NCBI GenBank assembly: GCA_964016885.1
Contig: OZ024740.1
Coordinates: 296,980,001-297,044,000 of the forward strand
Direction of reading: 5' to 3'
DNA length: 64,000 bases
DNA from: Eledone cirrhosa
Taxonomy: Eukaryota
Part shown: piece by piece, positions 1 through 13,688 of the stretch
How positions within the stretch are numbered: position 1 is the stretch's first letter
How the letters are laid out: each line of letters begins with the position of its first letter
The notes under the pieces: generated by a model
Told to the model about the DNA's origin: nothing
Databases searched by the model: none
What the model saw: the letters and a program-made list of their open reading frames with translations, nothing else
Made by a program: the position numbers and the translations under genes

Positions 1-19
1 CTTCTCCGGGCCTGAGTGC

Positions 20-246
20 AACAGATTTCTTCCAGAGAAAGATAGAAAGTGAAAGAGAGGAAGTGAGAAAGATATATAGAGAAAGAAAATCGACCCCAGT
101 ACTTCAGTGGTACTTTTTTTATTTACCCTGAATGGATGAAAGGCAAAGTTGATCTCTGCAGGATTTGACCTCAGAGAGCAAAGAACCAGAACAAATACTG
201 TAAAGCATTCTATCCAACATTGTAATGACTCTGACAATTCACCGCA
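20..246 (-). mobile_element. tRNA-derived SINE (Meta-like central domain), diverged
   Basis: Minus strand has a B-box-like gaggtcaaatcc followed by actttgcctttcatccattcagggtaaata..gtacca. The same core occurs in the copies at 915-1140 and 61925-63935. Confidence 0.7.
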
Positions 247-914
247 TTATGTACTAAATACCTAATCCATAAAAGAGAAAAGGACGCATCCAAACCACCA
301 TGTTGTGACAGAAAATGCTAACTGTGATATAGTTCTGTGGAAGATATCACCCACATCATTAAATGGTTCTGAGGTTCATGTAGAAGGCATATAAAAACAA
401 GAATGCATCTACCTTTTTAAATATTGGTACATTCTAACAAAAATAACAATCTAGTGCAAAAAAAAAAAGGCAGGGAACTAAATAATGCACTAATATAGAA
501 CTCAGTTGCTCAGGAGATGTAAACGTCCCATCTAAATATGTGAAAAAAGAAAACAACTGTAGTGAACTGACATTTGTACCTTTTATCACTGGGTTATAAA
601 ATAAGAGATTTACATAAAAACCTATGAATTCTGCAGTTGTCCAATAAAGAACAAAGCAGACTCACATTGACTTATATATACACCATCACATGCGTATCTG
701 GCATACCCAAACATAAGCATATACACAAAGAAGCAAGTGCACACGCAATTACACCTATTGTTTGTTTGTTGTTTATTTGTATGTATGTATGTATGTATGT
801 ATGTATGTATGTGTGCATGCATGCATGTATGTATGAACCCATGACTCCTGATGGATTTGAAACAGCACTTCATTTAAGCCTAGCAGAGGCTCTTTCTCTC
901 CTGGTATGAACACG

Positions 915-1140
915 ACTGATTTCTTCCAGAGAAGGAGAGAGAATTAGAGAGAGGAAGTGAGAAAGAAATGTGGATAAAGAATCAATACCAATGCTGGACT
1001 GGTATTTTTTTATAAAACTCGAAACGATGAAAGGATGAAAGGCAAAGTTCAACTCAGTGAGATTTGAACTTAGAATGCAGACAGCCAGAATAAATATTGA
1101 AAATGAAGCCAATATTTTAATGACTCTGCTAATTCACCAT
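915..1140 (-). mobile_element. tRNA-derived SINE, same family as 20-246
   Basis: ggatgaaaggcaaagtt..gatttgaacttagaa core plus the same purine-rich flank (gatttcttccagagaa..gagaggaagtgagaaaga) as 20-246. Confidence 0.65.
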
Positions 1141-1404
1141 CTTCTTCATCTGTTTCATATGTCCAAGAACATTCGCACATACACAAATACCTACAATTAT
1201 CAAGCACATATTCTGTATTGTCGTTGTGTTATATGCATGGCCAGTGCCTTCAGTCGGTTTTCTTGGTGTCGCACTTTAAAACTGTTGTATTTACCTAATG
1301 CTTTTAACTTTCGCTCCATTGAGTGCTTTGTGATTTCCTCAAACAAATAGAATAGTACTTGCTGTGCAACAACTAAAACTTTGATTTATATATATATATA
1401 TATA

Positions 1405-1740
1405 TACGTGGGAAAGATGTGGATTTAACCCAAAAAACTCTTTCCGAGCTATATAAGGAACACTTGTGATTATTTATGCCCTTGAGAAGCCCAACTGGGC
1501 GAAACGTACGTAGGTGCTGTTTTAAATAAACATGTTTTAACGGTCTATTCTCCGATTTTTTACTTTCCCACGTGCTTACGCTCTGCTAACTCTCTAGCCC
1601 ACTAAATATTAACACTTCGAATATTTAATACTGCCAGCACTAGTATCGAGCACCTTTGGCATACGCTACTTGGCAAATAACTATATGTATCACCTATCCT
1701 CCCCTTTTTTTCTCTTTCTCGATACGTAAATACTGTATAT
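1405..1740 (+). mobile_element. Solo pseudo-LTR-like unit (Penelope-like/retrozyme-like) between TA repeats
   Basis: TATATAA at ~1450, hammerhead motif 1477-1516, AATAAA at 1525, short internal inverted repeat (cgtgggaaag / ctttcccacg), (TA)n on both sides. Confidence 0.55.
1477..1516 (+). ncRNA. Minimal type I hammerhead-like ribozyme with variant core
   Basis: tgcc-CTTGAGAA-gccc aact gggc-GAAA-cgtacg-TA-ggtg. Stems I and II pair, loop III is palindromic (CGTACG), and the core deviates from CUGANGA. Confidence 0.55.
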
Positions 1741-1754
1741 ATATATATATATAT

Positions 1755-1930
1755 TCCACACTGTAAATGTGGTTGGTGTTAGGAAGGGCATCCAGCTGTA
1801 AAAAACCTGCCAGAGACACTTCCATGCAAGCGAGACACAGTCTCCCAACCATTCCCACATCAAATAGAACAAAACTGCCTAACCCATGCTAGCGTGGAAG
1901 ATGGATGTTAAATGATGATGATGATGATGA
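1755..1930 (+). mobile_element. RTE-type 3' end with (GAT)n tail, older copy
   Basis: cacactgtaaatgtggttggtgttaggaagggcatccagctgta...aacccatgctagcgtggaagatggatgttaaatgatgatg. Confidence 0.75.
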
Positions 1931-2030
1931 TATATATGTGTATGTAAAAGGTAAACAGAAATAACAACACAATCGGTACAGTATATGGAAAGAATATATT
2001 AGTTTAACACTTGAAATTGCAGAAAGAGGA

Positions 2031-2066
2031 TCTTAACGTTTCGGACGCTGGTCTTTCATCAGAAGA
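2031..2066 (-). ncRNA. Minimal hammerhead ribozyme motif
   Basis: Minus strand tctt-CTGATGA-aagac cagc gtcc-GAAA-cgtt-aaga. Stem I is tctt/aaga, stem II is weak, and stem III contains the palindrome AACGTT. Confidence 0.55.
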
Positions 2067-2443
2067 AAGAATGAGAAGTTAGAAAGATTGAAGGGACAGG
2101 CAGGGTGGAATTGGAGAAAATATTTTTAGAGAAAAATAACAGGTCCATTCATACCATCTCTTGAAAATATGCATATTCAAATGTATGCATACATACATGT
2201 AAATAAAATCTCTATTGCTGTTGTAATAATTTCTTTGAAAATAAGTAATGAACAAGAAACCGATTACTGAAAGCTGCTCTTCTTTAGATAATTATACCAA
2301 TCCATTTTAATTCAGCCCCAAGCTCTGCTGCCCGCAAAGCCAAAGATGGCAAACTATTCAAGTATCAGCCACTGTCTCAGGTTTGTGGTAGAGCCTGTAG
2401 CAGTTGAGCTTTCCTGTGTTCTTGGCCTCCAGATCACATCCCT

Positions 2444-2521
2444 GCCACTCCACCTCAAGGGGCTTGCATCTGTAGGCAGAGTTGGCTGCCTACAGATGCA
2501 AGCCCCTTGAGGTGGAGTGGC
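2444..2521. repeat. Perfect 36-bp inverted repeat with 6-nt loop
   Basis: gccactccacctcaaggggcttgcatctgtaggcag (2444-2479), loop agttgg, exact reverse complement (2486-2521). Confidence 0.95.
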
Positions 2522-3053
2522 TGTTTCAGCATGTCTCCCTTGCTGTTTTCCAGGGCAATTTATTCTCCATCTTATCAGCTGAGACCCAGAGGCGGAGAGT
2601 AAGTTGGAGGATACTCGTTTGGACGTCACTTTCTCTCTATTTATTATTGCTATGATTTGTTATTCAGTATAAAGTTAAATAGCTATTAATGAGAAGACAC
2701 ATTAAGCTATAATCTTAAGATACTAATGATGGAGAAAAAAATAAATTTCACATAATACTTGAATTATCCTTCATTTAGAAAGCTTAAACACATACACACA
2801 CATATATATCATCATCATCACTGTTTAATGTCTTATTTTTTCACGCCTTCATGGGTTAGACGGATCATACATGTTATAAGACAAGTCTGGCCAGTTGGCC
2901 GCACTGTACCTTGCTCAAGCAGAACTGTATTTTGGCTGTGGTTTTTTATAGCTGTGAAACTGCGTAGTCCAATTATGAGGAGAGTCTGGCCAGTTGGCCA
3001 TGCCATAACTTGCTCATAGCAGAATCGTATTTTGGGAGCTGGGTTTATATATA

Positions 3054-3098
<45 letters not shown>

Positions 3099-3571
3099 TT
3101 TTCTCTTCTCTTCTCATTTGTTTTCTAACATGTAACATAACATTAGTTTAGATGCATTCTACTGAAGACCCTACATTTATATCAGAAATGTAAATATGCA
3201 TTTCCAATTTCAAAATGTTCATACAGATATTAATCTTTGATATTTATTTTATCATTGCAAAGACCAGTTACAAGCAAAAAGACTTCTCTTTCCTCATTAC
3301 TCTCTCTTTATACATATATCATCATCATCATTTTACGTCTGCTCTTCCCTGCTTGCAAGGGTGGGACGGGTCTTATTCTTATATATATATATATATATAT
3401 ATGGGATGGGTTTTATTATATATATATATTCATCATTGTTTAACATCCACTAGCATGGGTTATATATACATATATATATATATACACACACATACATAAG
3501 CAAAGTTAGATAGAAAAATGTTTTCGTCTATCTTGTTTATACTACCAGAATTAGAGTTTTTTTCTCATTTA

Positions 3572-3632
<61 letters not shown>

Positions 3633-4154
3633 CACATGTTTATCTTTAAAATTTAAACTCATATTGTATTCAGACATACATTTGGAAAATTCCGAAAGCA
3701 AATGAGCAAAATATTTTTATCCTGAACAAAAAGAAAAAGAAAAATAGACATCACATATGAATATGAAATACCATTGAAAAATTTGCACATAGCTTAACAG
3801 CTGCTAGGAATAAACATTTGTACATATATACTAGCACCCATTTTCCCATCTACACAAGATAAATCAGCACACTGGCATAAATATTCTCATATACTATATA
3901 CAAAACTATATATATACATTATGATAATCTGTGTGTGAGACACGTTGGCTGAGAGCTTTTGACGGGAATGAAAAGATTGGTTTTCTACTCTCCCGCCGCC
4001 ACGTAAAATTTGTAAATCAGTGGCTAGTCGAGGGACAGAGTTGTATCGGGTTCCAGTTGCTAGTTGTTTTACCGTGTCGGTTGTCACAAACAGTCATGAC
4101 CGGCATGGGCTGGGTTTGGATTCTGTCGATCGATTGGCTATTGATTAGGTGATA

Positions 4155-4265
4155 CCCGCTGATGAAGCCACATAAGCCGATTGTGCATTGTTGCATAATA
4201 TATGCAGACAGATGGTGCAGTGCACCTTACTGCTGCATTAAGTGTGGCTGAAACTCAAGTCCAGG
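4155..4265 (+). ncRNA. Type I hammerhead ribozyme motif with greatly extended, branched stem II
   Basis: cccg-CTGATGA-agccaca[~70 nt with internal hairpins]tgtggct-GAAA-ctcaag-TC-cagg. Confidence 0.6.
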
Positions 4266-4358
4266 AACTACTATAGGCACCCGTTTTATGTGTGTTGTAT
4301 TGAAGCGAATAACTATGTGTATACTCTGGTAATGTATCCTACATTACCTATTGAGTAC

Positions 4359-4478
4359 GCTGAGATACAACCGGTCCTGGCATTGATAAATATGCTGGGT
4401 CCGTCAACTTCTTATTATATATAATAATGAGTTGACGGACCCAGCATAGGTATCAAAGCTAGGACCGGTTGCATCTCA

Positions 4479-4480
<2 letters not shown>
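4359..4480. repeat. Imperfect ~60-bp-arm fold-back centred on tatata
   Basis: gctgagatacaaccggtcctggcattgataaatatgctgggtccgtcaact... mirrored by ...agttgacggacccagcataggtatcaaagctaggaccggttgcatctcagc. Confidence 0.9.
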
Positions 4481-4513
<33 letters not shown>

Positions 4514-4529
4514 TACATATATATATATA

Positions 4530-4883
4530 AAGTGGTTGTGTAGATGACACGACAAAAAGTGCCCAGTCCACACTGTAAATTGATCATGAAAGTGTTGGAC
4601 GAATAGCACCCAGTACACATTGTAAAGTGGTCATGTAGATGACACAACAAAAAGTACCCAGTTGTAAAGTGATCGTGTAGTTGTCACAATTAAAGGCATG
4701 CAGCAGACACTGTAAAATGTGGTTGGAGTTAGGAAGGGCATCCAGCTATAGAAACCAAGCCAAAACCAGTTCTGTATAAGCAAGACATGGTCATCTGACC
4801 TGGCTTGTCTCACAATAGGACAACTTGTCTAACCAATGCTAGTGTAGAAAATTGGATGGTAAACAGTGAAGATGATGATGATG
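4530..4883 (+). mobile_element. Old RTE/SINE-type 3' UTR with (GAT)n tail
   Basis: Repeated gtaaagtggtcgtgtagatgacac units, then ttaggaagggcatccagct and a gatgatgatg tail. Confidence 0.65.
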
Positions 4884-5292
4884 TTCAAAAAGAACTCAAA
4901 ATGTTAAGTTCTAGTTTTGAATATGTCACTATCTGTAAAACAACTTTTGTATTTTATCTGATGAGAGCGTACAAAAATGTTGGTACCCTTGAAAATATAT
5001 AATAAAATAAATCTGGTTTTATAAAAATAGTTTCCATTTATTAATATTATTGATATTATACTGCAGAAGAAAAACTGTAGAGTGCTTCTAATCTGTTATA
5101 AACTAAATTTGTTGGATAATCAACAAATTAAATAACTCATTGCTTATATATCTCATCATCGTTTAACGTATATCTTCCACGCTAGCATGGGTTTAGAATA
5201 TATATATATATATATATAGAGAAATATGTAAAACCCAACTGCAGTGCCTATAGACACACACACATATATATATATACACACATACATATGTA

Positions 5293-5324
<32 letters not shown>

Positions 5325-5340
5325 CACACATACATATGTA

Positions 5341-5383
<43 letters not shown>

Positions 5384-5418
5384 ACATACACATATATATA
5401 TACATACATATATATATA

Positions 5419-5973
5419 TGCAGGGCGATCAAAATTGATGGAAGTTACGGAGTAGGCAGACCCAGAAAAACCTGGGACAATTTGATAAATTCTGACCATA
5501 CACACTTACACCTCTCCAAGACAATGTCACTGGACTGGGATCTTTGGTGCGACACAGTAATACAGAAAACCCGCCTTGCCTAAGTACAAAGCGAAACCTA
5601 CAGTCAGTAGGCACCTCTTAATCAAATATACAGCCCCTCCCACTACCCCAACTCCCCACCCCCATCAACACCACCCCTTTCTTTGTAAAGTTATGTTGGT
5701 ACCACAACATCCAGTCCTAAATAAATGAGGTCGTGTAGGTGTCACAACAAAAAAACACACAGTCCACGCTGTAATGTGACCGTGTAGGTAACATGGTAAA
5801 AACCTACCAGTCCATACTGTAAACGTGGTTGGTGTTAGGAAGAGCATCCAACCGTAGAAAACCTGCCAGACAGTCCCATACGAGTGAGACGACCAATCTT
5901 GCCTCAAGTGGGACAATTCCCTTCTAAATCCATACTAGCGTGGAAGATAGACGTTAAACGATGATGATGATGA
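5419..5973 (+). mobile_element. RTE family A LINE, 5'-truncated
   Basis: [27 protein letters not shown]-terminus, family A 3' UTR and (GAT)n tail, flanked by TA repeats. Confidence 0.9.
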
Positions 5974-5992
5974 TATATATATATATATATAC

Positions 5993-6327
5993 ATCATCAT
6001 TTCATTTTACGTCCGCTTTTCCCTGCTTGCAAGGGTGAGACGGGAACTGATTCTGGCTTGATTTCTACAGCTGGATGCCCTTCCTAACACCAACCTCATT
6101 TACAGTGAGTGCTGGGTGCTTTTTTGCCGTGGCACCTCCACGACCACTTTACAGTAGAATGATAGGGACACCAGTCCCTATCATCTCATTTCTACAGCTG
6201 AGTAAACTGGAGCAATATGAAATAAAGTGTCTTGCTCAAGGAAACAACACATCGCCCGGTCTGAGAATTGAACTCACAACCTTTCGATTGCAAGGCCAAT
6301 GCTCTAACCACTAAGCCATGTGCCTCC
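5993..6327 (-). mobile_element. Full-length tRNA/CORE-like SINE with RTE-derived 3' tail
   Basis: A-box tggcttagtgg, B-box gagttcaattc, CORE-like tccttgagcaagacacttta. The tail matches the RTE 3' UTR at ~12450-12600 and the terminus of the RTE at 28696. Confidence 0.8.
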
Positions 6328-6544
6328 ATATATATAAATACAGATACATATATATATATATATATATATACACACGCATATATATAAATAGATACATATA
6401 TATATATATATACACACATATATATAAATACATATACATATACACACATATATATATACACATATATACACACACACGTATATATATATATGTACACACA
6501 CACACACGTATATATATATATATACACACACACGTGTATATATA

Positions 6545-7722
6545 TCATCATCATCATCGGGTTTAGCGTCCGTGTTCCACGCTTGCATGGGTTTGGACGG
6601 GGGTTTTCCCACTTGAGGCAAGAGTGGTTGTCTTGCTCGCATAGGACTGTCTGGCGGGTTTTCTACAGCTGGATGCCCTTCCTAACACCAACTACATTTA
6701 CAGTGTGGGGATGGGAGGTTTTTACCGTGTTGCCTACACGGCCACATTACAGCGTGGACTGTCTGGCAGGTTTTCTACAGCTGGATGCCCTTCCTAACAC
6801 CAACCACATTTACAGTGTGGGGCTGGGAGGTTTTTACCGTGTTGCCTACACGGCCACATTTACAGCGTGGACTGTGTGTTTTTTTGTCGTGACACCTACA
6901 CGATCTCATTTGTTTCGGCCTGGATGTTGTGGGACCAACATAACTTTACATTGAAAGGGGCGGTGTGGATGGGGTGGAGGTGGTGGGATGGGGGTGTGTT
7001 TTGATAGAGATGCCTACTGACTGTAGTAGGTTTTTACTTTGTATTTAGGTAAGGCGGGTCTTCTCTATTACTGAGTACCGCCAAAGGTCTCGGTCCAGTG
7101 ACATTGTCTTGGAGAGGTGTAAGCGTGTGAGGTCGGAATTTATCATGTCGTCCCAGGTTTTTCTGGGTCTGCCTACTCCGTGGCTACCGTCTATCTTTAT
7201 TGCCCTGCACTTTGTTATACAGCTGTCGTCTTTCATGCGCATCACGTGACCGTACCAACGTAGCCTTCTCTCGAGTAAACAACATCTGATCCCTCTTATT
7301 TCTAATTTTTTCCTTAGTTCGTTTATGCTTTGCCGTTCACGTATATTACTATTGCACATCCAGCGGAGCATGCAAGCTTCGTTCCTCTCTAGTCTGCGTA
7401 TATCCTCTGCACACAATGCCCAGGTCTCACTGCCATGCAGCATTGCTGTTCGTATGCAGGCATTGTATAACCTGCCTTTCATTTTTAGGGAGAACCTTCT
7501 AGCGACTAATAGTGGTATAAGCTCTCTGAATTTTTTCCATCCAGTTCTGACTCTAGCTACTGTACTTTCAGAGCACCCTCCCCCACTGCTGATTTTGTCA
7601 CCCAGGCAACGAAAGCTGTCCACTATTTCTATAGAACCCTCTGCGCAGTTGAAGGAGCTAGTATTTTGTGGGCACTTGCTGCTACTTATTGCACCAGAGC
7701 ACCGGCCACATGTGAAATCTAT
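6545..7722 (-). mobile_element. RTE family A LINE, 5'-truncated, with ~112-bp duplication in the 3' UTR
   Basis: ORF 7045-7722: [43 protein letters not shown]; (ATC)n tail at 6545. Confidence 0.92.
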
Positions 7723-7749
7723 ATATATATATATATATACACACACACG

Positions 7750-7780
<31 letters not shown>

Positions 7781-7933
7781 GTATATATATATATATATGT
7801 ACACACACACACGTATATATATATATATATATGTACACACACACACACGTATATATATATATACACACACATGTGTATATATATATATATACACACACAC
7901 ACGTATATATATATATATATACACACACACACG

Positions 7934-7968
<35 letters not shown>

Positions 7969-7969
7969 G

Positions 7970-8240
<271 letters not shown>

Positions 8241-8558
8241 ACTATCTACACTCTACTCTGTATGAATATTGAGTGGTAATTTTGGCATACCGCATATGTT
8301 ATATATATTATTGATTTAGGTGTTGCAGAAACCCAATTTCGGAGTATTCCATCTTCCCCGATGGTCAGGGTAAATATTTCAATCATATCTCATTTTGTTT
8401 GACCCGTTTAGCTTGTTTGCTTTTTTTGGCTATGATGGTTAATGGCTTCTTAACCATCGTCTCAGCGTGTATGACCATTTTAACTTATGTTTATAGCTCT
8501 GCTATCTTCTTCATATCCATGGAGCGCTTGTCTGCAAAGTATGGAAGTTGCGTTTCGC

Positions 8559-11247
<2,689 letters not shown>

Positions 11248-11713
11248 ATCATCATCATCATCAACGTTTAACGTCCGTGTTCCACGCTTGCATGGGTTTG
11301 GACGGGGTAGTCCCACTTGAGGCAAGAGTGATTGACTTGCTCGCATAGGACTGTCTGGTAGGTTTTCTACAGTTGGATACCCTTCCTAACACCAACCACA
11401 TTTACAGTGTGGGTCTGGGAGGTTTTTACCGTGTTGCCTACACGGCCACATTACAGCGTGGACTGTGTGTTTTTTTTGTCGTGACACCTACACGATCTCA
11501 TTTGTTTCGGCTGGATGGCGCAGCACCAACATAACTTTACATAGAACGCGGTGGTGTGGATGGGGTGGGGGTGGTGGTGGTGGGACGGGGTGTATTTTGT
11601 TAGAGATGCCTACTGGCTGGAGTAGGTTTTACTATATATTTAGGTAAGGCGGGTCTTCTCTGTTACTGAGTACCGCCAAAGGTCTCGGTCCAGTGACATT
11701 GTCTTGGAGAGGT
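11248..11713 (-). mobile_element. RTE family A, heavily 5'-truncated
   Basis: [23 protein letters not shown], 3' UTR and (ATC)n tail. Confidence 0.9.
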
Positions 11714-11718
11714 TATAC

Positions 11719-11749
<31 letters not shown>

Positions 11750-11866
11750 CACATATATATATATATACATATATATATATACATATATATATATACATAT
11801 ATATATACACATATATATATATACATATATAAATATACATATATATATATATACATATATATATAC

Positions 11867-11897
<31 letters not shown>

Positions 11898-12052
11898 CAC
11901 ATATATATATCTATACATATATATATATATACATATATATATATACACATATATATATATACACATATATATATATACACATATATATATATATACATAT
12001 ATATATATACATATATATATACATATATATATATACACGTAGATATATATAC

Positions 12053-12720
12053 TTACGTAGATTAGAGAGAAACGAAGCCTGCATGCTCCGATGGATGTGT
12101 AACAGTAATATACGTGAACGACAAAGCATAAAGGAATTGAGAGAGAGACTGAGCATAAGAGGAATCAAATGCTGCGTGCAGGAGAGGCGGTTACGCTGGT
12201 ATGGACATGTGATGCGTATGAAGGATGACAGCTGCATAAAAAGGTGCAGAGCACTAGAAGTTGATGGAAACCGCGGAGTGGGGAGACCCAAGATGACTTG
12301 GGATGAGGTGATAAAGCCGACCTTACCCAACTACACCTCTCAAAGTCAATGACACACGACCGTGACTTCTGGCGTCACGCAGTAATACAGGGTACCCGAC
12401 CTCCCATGGGTACATGCTGAAGCATATAAACAATATGCCCCCCCCACCACCGCAAGGTGGCCGTGGAGGCGCCACGGCAAAAAAGCACCCAGCCCACACT
12501 GTAAAGTGGACGTGTAGGCGCCACGAAAAATCACCCAGCACTCACTGTAAATGAGGTTGGTGTTAGGAAGGGCATCCAGCTGTGGAAATCAAGCCAGATC
12601 AGTTCCTGTATGAGCAAGGCATGGTCAGCCGACCAGACACTGCCCACAACAGGACAACCCGTCTAACCCATGCTAGCGTGGAAGAACGGACGTAAAACTG
12701 TGATGATGATGATGATGATG
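12053..12720 (+). mobile_element. RTE family B LINE, 5'-truncated
   Basis: [34 protein letters not shown]; 3' UTR differs from family A; (GAT)n tail. Confidence 0.88.
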
Positions 12721-12750
12721 ACATATATATATATATACATATATATATAC

Positions 12751-12781
<31 letters not shown>

Positions 12782-12885
12782 CATATATATATATACATAT
12801 ATATATATACATATATATATATACATATATATATATACATATATATATACATATATATATATATACATATATATATATAAATACA

Positions 12886-12917
<32 letters not shown>

Positions 12918-13038
12918 CATATATATATATACATATATATACATATATATATATACATATATATACATATATACATATACATATATATACATATATACAT
13001 ATACATATATATACATACATACATATATACATACATAT

Positions 13039-13069
<31 letters not shown>

Positions 13070-13176
13070 CATATATATACATATATATATATACATATAT
13101 ATACATATATACATATACATTTATATACATACATACATATATACATATATACATACATACATATATACATGCATAT

Positions 13177-13209
<33 letters not shown>

Positions 13210-13474
13210 CATACATATATATATACATACATATATATATACATACATATATATATATATACATACATATATATATACATACATATATATATATATACAT
13301 ACATACATATATACATACATATATATATATATACATATATATATATACATACATACATATATACATACATATATATATATACATATATATATACATACAT
13401 ATATACATACATATATATATATATACATATATATATACATACATATATATATATATACATATATATATACATAC

Positions 13475-13512
<38 letters not shown>

Positions 13513-13612
13513 GTATATATATACATACATATATATATACATACATATATATATATATACATACATATATATATACATACATATATATATATATACATAC
13601 ATATATACATAC

Positions 13613-13643
<31 letters not shown>

Positions 13644-13688
13644 CATATATATATACATACATATATATATACATACATATATACATAT
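12721..13688. repeat. Degenerate TA/TACA microsatellite between two tail-to-tail RTEs
   Basis: Direct inspection. Confidence 0.95.

Noticed and set aside
3155-3205. CTGAAGA...GAAA spacing
   Set aside because: No stem II closing directly on the boxes and no convincing stem I/III.
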